Part shown: positions 1 through 11,239 of the stretch, piece after piece | Layout: each line of letters starts with the position of its first letter | How positions within the stretch are numbered: position 1 is the stretch's first letter | Source of the DNA: Mobula hypostoma | Lineage: Eukaryota | Direction: 5' to 3' | Assembly: GCF_963921235.1 (NCBI RefSeq) | Contig: NC_086118.1 | Coordinates: 19,408,001-19,472,000 of the forward strand | Length of the DNA: 64,000 nt | The notes under the pieces: model-generated | The model's database searches: none | Seen by the model: only the letters and a program-made list of their open reading frames with translations | What the model was told of the DNA's origin: nothing | Position numbers and translations under genes: made by a program

Positions 1-1642
1 TTCAAAGGGTGACATTCCTGTGGCAGAAGAGGCGTGTAGATTATGGAACAGTTCAGCCCAGAGCAGGTATTTTTTCCAGGTGAAAGGATTAGAGGCGTCA
101 AAGCATCACTGAAACTCCACCTGTTGATTTGTTCTTTCTGCAGATTATCACCAGAGGACAAACTCACTGAGGCTGGATCGGTAGGAAATGATGAAGTTGA
201 GTTGCTCAATTAGGAGCCTGACGTTGGTTGAATTGGCAGATCTGTTGAATGGATATAAGGTTCTGGTGGTCCGTCCCAATCAGGAAGGACTCGGTGTTTC
301 ACATCAGACAAAGTCTCCATTCCTCCAAGGCCCATCTAATGGTGAGTAGCTCCCTGAATCCTACTCCATAATGGCACTGTGTATTGTTCATCTTGAGCAA
401 GAAGAAGGCATAAGGGTTTGCCTTCCCATCCAGTTCTCACTCAGAGAGGATGGTCCCCGTGCTCACATCATGTAGCTGGTGAGGTAGGTGAGAGGAGTGG
501 CGATGTGACTGTAGTTCCTGATGAAATGGTGGTAGAAGTTCGAGAAGCCCAGGAAGCACTGAAGGTGTTTGAGGGGGCGCGCGGTCAGAGCCGTTTAACG
601 ATAATGTGCACTTTCTCTGGGTCTACGGTTATACTTTAGGCTGAAAGGACATAACCATAGAAAGAAATGACTGTGGTGTACAACTGGCACTTTTTTAACT
701 TGCCCTACAGCTGGTTCTTGAGGAGACACTGAAGGACTGAACAGATGTGGCAAATGTGTTCTTGGGGGTTCTTAGAGAAAGTGAGGATGTCGACGAGGTA
801 GACAAACACATACCTGGGTAAAATGTCTAGCAGGATCTTATTGGTGAAGGTTTGGAAAATAGCTGGATGGTTGGAAAGCCTAATGAGGATCACCAGTGGG
901 TTATGGCCTGTAGTGGCCAGAGGGTATTATGGACACCGTCTTCCACTTATGCCCCTGGCGGATGTGCATCAGGTTGTATGTTCTCTTTGGTGAAGCTCTG
1001 GGCCCTGTGAAGTGTTTTGAATGCACTATCCATCAAGAGAAGAGGGCCGCGTTTCTTAATTGTGATTTGTTGAGTCCACGATAGTTAATACAGGGAAGAA
1101 GACTCCCCACCTCCCATCTTTCTTCTTTCTTTTTGACAGATGAAATACCTAAACTGGCTGAGGAACAGGGTGGTCAAATAAAGCCATGCCGTAGCTCTTC
1201 GGTGATGTAGTCGGTCGTGGCTTCAGTCTTAGGAGGGGAGAGGAAGATCAGAAAAATTCAGGGAAGGATGGTGCCCGGGAGGAGGTTGATTGTGCAGTCT
1301 TGTGGTCTACGAGGCAGCAGGTTGCTGGCTTGCACTTTACTGAAGATGATGGCTCCATCATAGTATTCCTGTGAAGGTTGGGTAAGGTTGAGAGTTTCCT
1401 TCATCTCCATGGATTTACGGGTGAAGTCAACTGTGGTTGCAGGCAAGTGGGTCCCCAAAGGTTCCTTGCGGGAATGGGACCAACTCTCGGGATTCCACAA
1501 CTGGCCATTGTTGTTCGGCATGCCAAAGGCTTGGCCTAAGAGTCCAGCTCATATTTGGAAGTCTGGGATCTCGGGGCTCTGGAGATGGGTGGATCAAGGG
1601 TCGGTGTCACAACAGGAGACCCATAAGTCATCAGGGGAGTCA

Positions 1643-2080
1643 GAATATCTGCACCTGTGTGTCCAGACTTTTGCTATAGAGCTCGAAAAAAGCGACATGG
1701 TGGATTTTTAACATTGTAAACCACCGAGTTGATTGTTATGTCTCCCTGCTCGCTGGGAAAAATGGAGACACCTCTTTTACCCTTATTAGGGAGAGGGACA
1801 ACCTGTGGTATGTCAAATACTGGGTGAAACACAAAGTCTTTGGGGTAACTGCAAGTCCGTGTCTTTGCTGGTTGTTTTTTGCCGGTGGGCAGAGGGGGGA
1901 TTGTGGCTCGCTGTTGCTTACGTGAGGGAGGGGGTGGGACTTCGGGGTTCTAACATTTAACTGTCATTCAATCTTTGGGGCACTCTTCTGTTTTCATGGA
2001 TGCTTGTGAAGAAAAAGCATTTCAAATTGTGTATTGTATACATTTCTCTGACATTAAATTGTACCTTTGAACCTTTGAAC
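1643..2080 (+). repeat. Non-autonomous retroposon/LINE 3' fragment ending in (ctttgaac)2, same family as 63350-64000
   Basis: Interrupts the Gypsy pol region; shares motifs such as 'cctgtgg(t/c)atgtcaa..(c/t)tgggtgaa' and 'tttaacat' with 63780-63950. Confidence 0.6.
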
Positions 2081-2684
2081 TCAATAGTGAATCAAATAAT
2101 CAGGTGAAATGAGAGTGTTTAGAGCCAGGGATAAGCCAAGATGAGAGGAGTGTTGGGTGAGTCGATACGGAGCAGTTGGATGGACTCGCGGTGCTTTACA
2201 ATGCGGATTTGGACAGGCTCTGTCCATGTTATCACTATCCCAGACTCCAAAGAAGGTCCGTCAATAGTCAGTACAGAGTCCAAGCTGCACACACAGAGTC
2301 TGGTTCAGAAAGTTGCCTGCTGCGCTAGAATCCAGAGCCTCCTGTGTGCCGAGAGCCCGCAGGACGTGGAAGAGGACAGAGAGAGTGAGTTGGCTATGGT
2401 GTTGGAACAAGAGTCCAGACGGAGCCCACTAGATGGAAGGCCATTCCTCTCTACTTGGTGGTGCCATTTTCCTGTATGCGGTGGGCATTTGATATGTGAG
2501 TGATCGATAGGTCTGCAATAAGCTGACAAGTTGTTTCCCCATCTGGCTCACGCTCTTGAGGTGAGGTGACTTACAGAAGCTCTACTAACAGCATGGGTTC
2601 TGGAGGCATTACAGTTGAGAGTCCTGGAGCCTGAAATGGTTCCGGGAGCGGAACTGGGATCTTTTAAGCTCTCCGAGAGGCCAG

Positions 2685-3118
2685 AATTAGATTAGATTAG
2701 ATTAGATTCAACTTTATTTTCATTATGCCGAGTACAGATACAAAGCCAATGAAATGCATTTAGCATCTGACCAGAAATGCAAAGAATAGTGTTATTTACA
2801 AAATAACTGCGAATAAAAAAAGTGCTACAGCATACAAATATAAAAGTACAGAGACAGTACAATACGGGTGCAATACTGCTTAGCGCTGTGATGAGAGCTT
2901 CAGCAGTGTCACAGCCTCAGCGAAGAAGCTCTTCCTGTTCCTGCTGGTGTGGGAGCGGAGGCTACTGTAGCACCTACCGGATGGGAGGAGAGTAAAAAGT
3001 CCATGGTTAGCGTGAGATGCATCCTTGATAATGCTTTTCGCCCTGCCCAGGCAGCATTTATGGTAGATGTTCTCAATGGTGGGCAATTGGGTGCCGATAA
3101 TCCGCTGGGCAGTTTTCT
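2685..3118 (-). mobile_element. Rex1/Babar-type LINE 3' fragment
   Basis: ORF 2880-3086 IIKDASHANHGLFTLLPSGR...SFFAEAV; (attag)n tail 2686-2706; candidate TSD gccag at 2680-2684 and 3119-3123. Confidence 0.8.
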
Positions 3119-3602
3119 GCCAGTTTTCAGAATGGTAATGGACCAGTAGTGTTTCCGTATTTCAGCTGCATTCTGCTGTGAGGTTCCTGAATTCAACAGT
3201 GTAATCCGGCTCCAAGCATAAGCCCTGATGCAGGTGAAGTAACCAATCCACTGCCTCCTGGATTCGAGAAAACCTGGCACATTTCAACGGTAAAATCTTC
3301 ATATTGGTTGCAGATGGGGGATTTATTAATCCATTTAGCAGCAGCACAGATTAGAACTCACCCAGTCAAAAGAGAAACGATAAAGGCAATCTTGACTCGG
3401 TCCATAACATACAGAGGTGGCTAGAGCTTGAAATGTAAGGTGCACTAGGACAGGAAGTTGCAGCTTCGGGTTGAGGATCTGTTGAAATTTTTGTGCACTG
3501 GAATCCAGAGCTCAGAGCAAGGAGGTTGACTGGCAAGAGATTGCTGTATCCAGATGAACAGTTGGCTGAGAGTGGCGAGCAGATGATCAATTGTTTCTTG
3601 CT

Positions 3603-6326
3603 TGTTGTGTATTACATTAATTTAATACATCATCATGTTACCATGTGATACGTGTGCATCTCGCTTAAAGTAAACTTGAAGTTACACCTGCATTTTTGGA
3701 CTCTTGTGTCATCCTTTGAATTAGTTTAATATTTTGTTAATTGCAATGAGATGCTCAAACTAAAAGGAACACAGTGAGGAATGGCAAAACAGATCAGCAC
3801 ATGTTCTTCAAAAGGGAAAGAGAAGCTGTAAACAGAAGAATTCAGACTTCATAAAGAGTGAGTACCAGGTAATAATAATCATTAAAAAAGCAGAAATGGC
3901 TGGCTACATCAGAGAGGTTGACAAGTTTGATAACACAATGGGTAATTGGCTCAAATATACTGAACTATCAGAACAGTATTTTGAAGAAAATGAGATAACC
4001 AATGAGAAACGAGTGCCAATTTTGCTAATGCATTAGGTTTAAAGCCATACAGTTTGGTTGATCCAACTAAAAGACCAGAAATTAGATGTGCTGCTATTAT
4101 TGACCCCATGCAGGAACATTTGGAACAAAAGTCATTGTTGATTGCAGAACACACTTGTGAGAAGTGGAATCTGAAAAGGAAGGAGAGTCCACCTCAGCGT
4201 GCGTGCCTGATTTGAAAAGACTGTCTGAGCATCGTAAGTTTGGTAATGGGTTTAATGATATACATCATTTAGAAATCATTTAGTTTGTGGAATCTTACAA
4301 GAAAACATTCAAAAACAGCTCTTACTGAAGCACAGTTTACACTTAAAACAGCAGTTGAAATCGCTGTTACAATGGCAACCGCAAATAGAGATGCAATTGA
4401 GTTTCAGTCAGGAATTAAAGTGAGCATGAACAAGATTGCATTGTCGAAACAGAAACCAGCCTGGTGAACAAATTGTGTTGCCATTGTGGCAGGGGCTCAT
4501 GTACGCCGGACAAATGCAGATTTAAAGACGAAACTTGCAGAAAATGCAACAATGTAGGACAGGTACAGAAAATATGCTGGGCAGACAAAAATAAATGGAT
4601 CGCACAGGGAAGACAAAATACTAAAAAGTTAAGTTGCAGTTTCAAACAGAGCACTAACCTGCATGCTGTTGATGAAACATCTGATAACGATGAGAATGAC
4701 ACAGGACTGAGTAGTCGTAGATTTACATTGTGAAATCTAACAATAGACAAGAAATGTAGCTTACACCAGAAGTGAGCAGCAAATTAATTAAAATGGAATT
4801 GGACACTGGCTCAGCTGTTTCAGTCATTCCGCAAAATGAATTTGAACGGCATTTCAAAACTACCAAACTGAAGTCTGCAGATATTCTACCAAGTACGTAT
4901 ACTGGAGAAAAGATAACTCCTTTGGGAATGACATTTGTGGCAGTGAAATACAACAACCAGCAAGCCAAACTATATGGTAAAAACTGGAGGACCAGCATTG
5001 TGGGGACTTGATTAGCTGAGACAACTACAACTTGATTGGTGATCCATCCAGCATTTGCATGCCACATCCCCTACAATAAAGACAACTGAAAGCAAACTAA
5101 GAAAGGTACTGGATGATGCCACAACAGTCTCCATGCCGGACGCCATGAACCACTGCCCAACAGAGGACAAACAGGCTTTAGGGCCAACTTCTGTGGCTCT
5201 GGTTGGAAAGCAGATTGGACCAAGGAAGGAGCATGTTGCTCAGAGGAATTGTGAAAGTGATGAAAGCAGTGGTCTGACTACAATAGTTCTTGTAAGCAGC
5301 ATATCTAAGAAAGTCTCTGAAGGCAGTTACTTGCGAAATGTGACCTACGCCTTAAGCCGAAAGAGAGTTCAAGTACCCTCAGGAAAGTTACAAGCATTCG
5401 GCTTTTGTGAGTATAAAGAACCAGAATCTACTCTGTGTGCATTAAGGTTATTGTATGAACTTCAAGTGGGAGACAAAAAGTTGCTTGTAAAAGTAAATGC
5501 AAAGACCAAAGCCTAGTTAAATGAATGGAAGGCCAAAAAGAAAGGAGTCAATGGAGATACAAAAACAGAGGATTTGTCAGATGATCTTGTGGATGAAGAA
5601 ATCAAGAGTAGAGATTAGATTGAAAAGAGAGCAATAGAAGGATTATTAAGAGAGTACTTCAGGGAACTAAGTGGGCCTTCCTAAGATCAAGATGCACAAA
5701 ATAGAAGAAAAGGAGGAAAGAGATGGGTGGAAAAGAATGTGAATGGTCAGAGAATGGTGTGAAAAGAGGAATGTTAGAATGAAAAAGAAAGTGATTGAAC
5801 TAGATCTAGTGGGAGATAAGGAGATGAAAGCTGTTTGAACCACTTTCTGCAGTCTCAGAGTCAACTCCTACAACCACCACAGAGGAGACCTCAGAACCAT
5901 AGCCTCAAGTCTCACCGGCCAAGCAGGGTGACCTCCCTTGCCAGGAAAGAATTAACCTACAAGCCTCCACAGTGATGAAATCTTTCAGCCCGGATGGGGG
6001 CAATTTAAAATTTTATACTGTGTATATAGTTGAAATGCATTCTACATTGAGTTGGAGATTTTAACTAAGCTGGGAGGAGCGTTCTGTATTTAATACTTCA
6101 ATAACGTTTCGTAATCTTGTATATATATATTGCTTGATTAAGTATTCTTTGATTAAATAGTTAATTACAAGTTATATGTAAAAATACATTAATTCCATAC
6201 ATCATCATGCTGCCACATAATACGTGCTTGCCTCTTTTAAGTAAACTTGCAGTTACCCCCATATTTTTGGGCTGTCATGTCTTCCTTTGAATTAGTTTAA
6301 TATTTAGAAGTTACAAAATATAGAAC
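3603..6326 (+). mobile_element. Gypsy (K02A2.6/Mag-like) LTR element, non-autonomous, carrying an RBM25 fragment
   Basis: Similar LTRs at 3603-~3745 (internally deleted) and ~6080-6326. PPT aagctgggaggag at ~6067-6079. Gag with CCHC knuckles (CGRGSC..CRKCNNVGQ), protease MELDTGSAVSVI (4772-5011). Candidate TSD tgct at 3599-3602 and 6327-6330. Confidence 0.85.
5175..5720 (+). pseudogene. RBM25: Processed (intronless) RBM25 fragment: RRM and following helical region
   Basis: Translation KRVQVPSGKLQAFGFCEYKEPESTLCALRLLYELQVGDKKLLVKVNAKTKA*LNEWKAKKKGVNG...RD*IEKRAIEGLLREYFRELSGPS*D matches recalled RBM25 (KRVQGASGKLQAFGFCEYKEPESTLRALRLLHDLQIGEKKLLVKVDAKTKAQLDEWKAKKK). Stops fall at Gln codons; compensating frameshifts around RQLLAKC (~5320-5348). 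Confidence 0.92.
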
Positions 6327-6414
6327 TGCTGTTTCAGGGTCGTGTGTTTCTGTTGATGGATGACTTCCTTTAGACGAGCGTACTCTGCTGGGTCAATCAT
6401 CTGTTCACCCATCC

Positions 6415-6739
6415 TGTCAGGAGATGTAGAGGAGTCTTGACTCAAAACCTGAGCAATGGAGACAATTTAGCGGTAAATGATATTTTACTTATAAATTGCA
6501 AATAACAAGCCGCAAGTGGCCACAAAACAAGAGAGAAGAAATACTTAACATGACAAAGAAACAAGGTAACTGACGGCTAGGAGCAACTGGTTGAGTCTGG
6601 CAGGTTCATATGAGTGATCAAGGATAGTGGATAAGAGCTGAGTTTAAATAGCCTGCAGGTGATGAGTTGGAAATGAATGGCAGGTGACTGCTGTTAGCCG
6701 GATGGAGACTGGGAGGAGCCTGAATGTGCAGGCCTGACA
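6415..6739 (-). repeat. 5' LTR of the sushi-like Gypsy element
   Basis: Inverted termini TGTCAGG...CCTGACA; lies immediately upstream (minus strand) of the gag start. Confidence 0.75.
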
Positions 6740-6789
6740 GTCACCAAGGAGATCCACTGGTAATAAGATCTGTCAGAAAGCTATTCCTT

Positions 6790-7010
6790 GTCGTGAGTCC
6801 AAGTGTACACTTTCTGGATTCAACCTGCCACATCGGTGTGGCTTTCAAATTCACCTCCAGACTGAACAAAGCGTTCAGCCACCTTGGGGTTTCTAAGCTG
6901 ACCAAGTCACCAGCTGCAGTGCAAACCAGACAAATGGCATGCATTGTGGATACGTGCCTGCTGACTAAGTTCAACTGTGGGCTCTGTGAGATACAACTGG
7001 CAAAAATATT
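6790..7010 (+). mobile_element. Ancient LINE C-terminal fragment (Vingi/Ingi-like)
   Basis: Degenerate SGFNLP...KSPAA..Q..CIVDTCLLTKFNCGL resembles the C-terminal CCHC region of Vingi/I-group RTs. Confidence 0.4.
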
Positions 7011-7204
7011 GTTCAAAACATATGTAAGTATTAAGTAGGACAACGACAATGTGAAGGTATTGGCATTTTGATGAAATACCATGGTCAAATTTCTACCACT
7101 GGATGTAACCTGTTTTTCAGTATCTAGCAGACAATTGATATCCTTTTTAAGCACAACATAAAATAGACAAGATACATGCTATAATGAAGATGATAAAATA
7201 TATG

Positions 7205-7620
7205 CACAGAATTAGGCCATTAGGCTGATTGAGTCTACTCTGTCATTCCATCTTGGCTGGTTTATTATTCTTCTCAACCCCATTTTTCGGCCTTCTCCCT
7301 GTAAGCTTTGATCCCCTTACTAATCAAGAACCTAAAACCATCCACTTTAAATAGACCGAAATGATTTTGCCTCCACAGTTGTCTGTAGCAATAAATTCCA
7401 CAGATTCACCACTCACTGGCGAAAGAAATTCCTCCTCATCTCTGTTCTAAAGGGATGTCCTTCTATTCTGAGGTTGTGCCCTATGGTCCTAGGCTCAGAC
7501 ACTATAGGAAACATCCTCTCCATGTCCACTCTATCTTGGTCTTTCAATATTTGATAGCTTTCATTGAGATCTGCCTTCGTTATTCTAAACTCCAGTGAAT
7601 ACAGGTCCAAAGCCATCAAA
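7205..7620 (-). mobile_element. CR1 LINE 3' fragment
   Basis: ORF 7413-7619 LDLYSLEFR...FRTEMRRNFF, followed by CR1 3' UTR. Confidence 0.9.
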
Positions 7621-7891
7621 TATTATTGCAAATTTTATATGAATGTAAAATTAATGAGCTATGTTATCAGGTGTACTCTATTTATATTATTTTGTTCTTG
7701 TACTGCTTCACTTACTGATGTAATATATTTTTATGTATGGAATTTACATTGCTGTACTCAGACTTAAGAATAAGCAGGTTGCTGAGCTACAGATCTTATT
7801 AACAACTAGTGTTCTGAAAACAATACATGGCATGCTGAGAGCAGTCAAGTAAGTAAAGCAAAAAGATTCTGGAATTGAAAATACACGTGGA

Positions 7892-10045
7892 CTAAGATGT
7901 TAACTGTCCTGTGCTATCACCAGTGGGATCACCAGTTGATCTGCCACCTGTCTTCAGGAGATTCGGCCTGCTTATGATCAAGACTCCCTCGAGCAGTGCT
8001 AAAGCACCACCTACCACTGGTGAGCTTAAAAACTTGGTATCTGTCTCTATCAGAGTTGTTGGCCGCTTCCATCCAACAGATAGTCTGCTCTTCAGGTGTC
8101 TATGCAACTACTGAAGGGTTTGCAAAAGATATGTATACACTGTCTGACTATCTGCCCCTCTGGACATACTTGGTCCACACCCATGCTGATCCTGTCTCTG
8201 CTGCCTCAGCTACAGCCCTACTGGTTGGCTTGATCTCTCTTCTGGTGAAGCCAAGGTCACACAGCCACTTCTGGAAAGAACGCAATAAACCCACGGCAGC
8301 CTACTTTGAATGGATAGCATGAGACCTTCCACCCTCTGTCTCTGCACTCTGATCTTAATTCTGCATACTTGGTTTAACTTGTGCTCATGGGCTTCATTGA
8401 TGTTGTCTTCCCAGGGGACTGTGAGTTCACCAATAACCACTTCTCTACTGGTGTCAGACCATACGATTATATCTGGACACAATGTGGTGAAAGCTATTTG
8501 CTCTGGGAAACTGCCTTTCCCATCCAGGTTGGCCTTAACACACCAATCATTGGTTGAAGAAAGTATGCTTGATTGTGAGCCTGTGCTGTACACCCTTGAC
8601 TTGGAGCCTTCTTTCACAAATGATATGCGATGTTCTGTGCAGCATGGGGCATGAGATAAGTTGTGCTGCAGTACTCTCTGCTCAACCACTTCTGTTACAA
8701 CTTTGAAAACGTTGTTATGTCTCCAAGTGTACATGTCGCTGGAAGATTGACTCTGCATGCACTCAAGATATGCTGAAGTGTTCCCTTCTTGCCACAAGCA
8801 GCACACCTGTCTGTCTTATCTTCATACCAGGTGCTGAGGTTGGCTGGTGTTGGGAGCAGATCGTACACTGCTCTGCATAGTAAAGAAATGCAGAGTGGTT
8901 CCATCTGCCATAGAACATTCCAAGTTAGATATCATTGTTCAACACTTTCCCACCGGGTCCAAGCCCCTTGTTTGGCCAGGCCAGCTGTTTTAGCTAACCT
9001 ATTCTCCTCTTCTACCTCTTGTATTTCTTGTGTTACAAGCTCACGGTGTTCCTTACCTGTAAAAGATGACCACCACTTGTGGGTTGTCCATCCAAGTCCC
9101 TGGCAGCCTAGCTGGATAGCCCCAACTGTTTCCTTGTGCTTCAATCTAGAGTCTGCCTCATCAACTGCTACATGGGTTGACTACTTTCTGCCTGATCTCA
9201 CATCCGACTGGGTGTTCTTGATGGCAGGGTCTTTTGAGTCTCGAAGCATCAAGAATGATCTTACGTTGGTTACCTTGACCTCTTCAACAAGAGATTGCAC
9301 TGGGATGGTAAGCTTTGTCTGGCTACTGTGAATTGCAACATTGGTGAGGCTGCTTGGTTCTCAAAGCCACTTCTTCACATACTTGTTGATCTTCCGTTCC
9401 GTTGCCTCAACATGGGACATTGCCACTTCATAGACAGTTAGTGGCCACGTTATCCATGGCATCAGTCCATACTGCAAGCATCACAACTTCAAGTTGGCAG
9501 ACAAGCCACACTTGTCAACAGACATCAGACCTCTGCTAATCTGTTCTCCTGTCTCTTGAACCCTCCTGGTGTCTCTCAGCTCCTCTGTGTACCATCGCCT
9601 GAGGCTCTTAACTGGTTGGTCCTGAATGGATAGAATCTCCTCTCCACAAAGGGTGAAATGAAAGGCAACCAGCTTTCCTCTCCTAAGAACAAGGCTCCTT
9701 GACTTCTTGGTCTTGAACTTGATTCTTCCCCAATCCATTAACTCCTCGAGTCTAAATAGTACATTTTCCACTGCCTCTGTGCTAAGACCCAAAAAGGTGA
9801 GATCGTCCATGAATGCTCGTATTGGTGGTAACTCCCCTCCGCCATCAAGTGCGACACCTGGTCCCACTGATTCTGCAGCCCTCACAATGACCTCCATGGC
9901 TAACACAAAAAGGATGGGTTAACTCACACATCCCATTGGGATTCCAACATCCAAGCTCTGCCACCTAGTTGTAAATTGCTGAGTGGAAAACCTCATCTGG
10001 AAATCGTTGTAGTACAGCATAACAAAGTTCCTCACCTTAGCAGGA
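7892..10045 (-). mobile_element. HERO-type non-LTR retrotransposon with restriction-like endonuclease, 5' truncated
   Basis: RT AFMDDLT (9481-9906); AVYDLLPTPANL..W..CAACGKKGTLQHILSAC zinc knuckle; YTWRHNN; REL motif PDIIVWS...ELTVPWEDNINEAHE (8210-8806). Confidence 0.88.
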
Positions 10046-11239
10046 ATTCATAAGAATTCCATCACAAACTCAATCAGGACATGTGATAGAGGTACTGTGT
10101 GCGGTTGGATGCTGTGATATCTCCATAGTTCCAGCACAGGACAAAATGGGAAGTTAATGACGTTGTGGCAGCATTCGTAAAATCTGAGAAGGGTTAACCG
10201 ACAATCAGTACTTTCCCTGGAAGGCATGAGTGACAAACAAAAGGTCAGCAATATCCTTATGAGGTCAGGAACAAAGCAATTTGATCTTTTCAACAACTGT
10301 GAAATAAATGACACTTAGAATAAAATTCCTGTTGAGGTCTATGAAAAGCTTAACACGCACCTGGAGACAAAACTGCTTAAGAGGAATCGAATTCTAAAGT
10401 AAACAAGAAACAAGTAAACCCCAACAACTTAGAAGTAAAAGCATAAAATGAAAATTGATGGATCTAGATGGAAAATGAGTGACTCCCATTCATTTGCAGA
10501 GAGTTTTGATCAAAAACATGAAACTTACTGTAGCATGAGCTATGGATGTGGCTAGGGAACAGAAGCTGACCTGTAGAAAGATGAAAATACCAACCTCCTG
10601 GCAACTGACACGATGCTAAAGCACAACAGAATGAGAACCAGGCTGAGGAAGGCTCTTAGGCAGACTAGGCAAATTCACAGAGAGGAAAAAATGCCCAAAA
10701 CATGGATCAGTTTGCCAACTCAGCTCCAAACTCAGCAATTGGAAAATATGCAGATTGGAAACAAAAACATATGAACAGAAATGAGGACTGGAAATGAAAA
10801 GACCAATATCAAATCTAGAATATCCATCTCTGAAAAATGACTGGATTTTGGAACGATACATATATGTAGAGTATTTGGTTGGGCAAAACCCATTATAAAC
10901 TCTCCATTTGATCTGAAGAGGAAGCTTGAAAAGAAACTGCAAAAGGTGGACCAGAGGGGGTAATATCCAAAGTTATTAGATCTACCGGCATTGTAAACCC
11001 ATTCTTGTGAGTGAGACAGGCCAAATAGATAGCTAAAAAATACTTCGATCCAAAATTCTGAATGAGGCAATCAAAACAAACCACAGCCTAACCCCACATC
11101 TGGAAGAGTTCATGCCAGCATGGGCAAAAGCCCAAGTTCTCAGCAAACAATTGCAGAAACAGGGAACAGAATGCAAACGAAGAGATGAAAAATATTCACT
11201 GTTGATGACATCTAATGTATGTTATCAACAGTAAAGGTT

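Larger units (their letters stand above)
1..6739 (-). mobile_element. Degenerate Gypsy LTR retrotransposon (sushi/Tf2-like), interrupted by three nested insertions; runs off the left edge
   Basis: LTR at 6415-6739. Gag begins (M)DPAEYARLKE at ~6395 and resumes QETIDHLLATL...KIAFIVSLLTG below 3602. Further remnants: AVDWLLHLHQG..DYTVEFR (3162-3347), LPRRPQDCTINLLPG (1258-1521), RT YLVDILTFS..EHICHI (705-893). Many stops and frameshifts. Confidence 0.85.

Noticed and set aside
5055..5516. Functional RBM25 gene or intact retrogene
   Set aside because: No introns, N-terminus derives from the transposon, RNP2 region is damaged, and three in-frame stops follow; treated as a captured pseudogene
10050..11230. 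Possible coding region or ancient RTE-like LINE
   Set aside because: A-rich + strand with faint endonuclease-like hints but no motif I can verify; minus-strand ORFs look like noise
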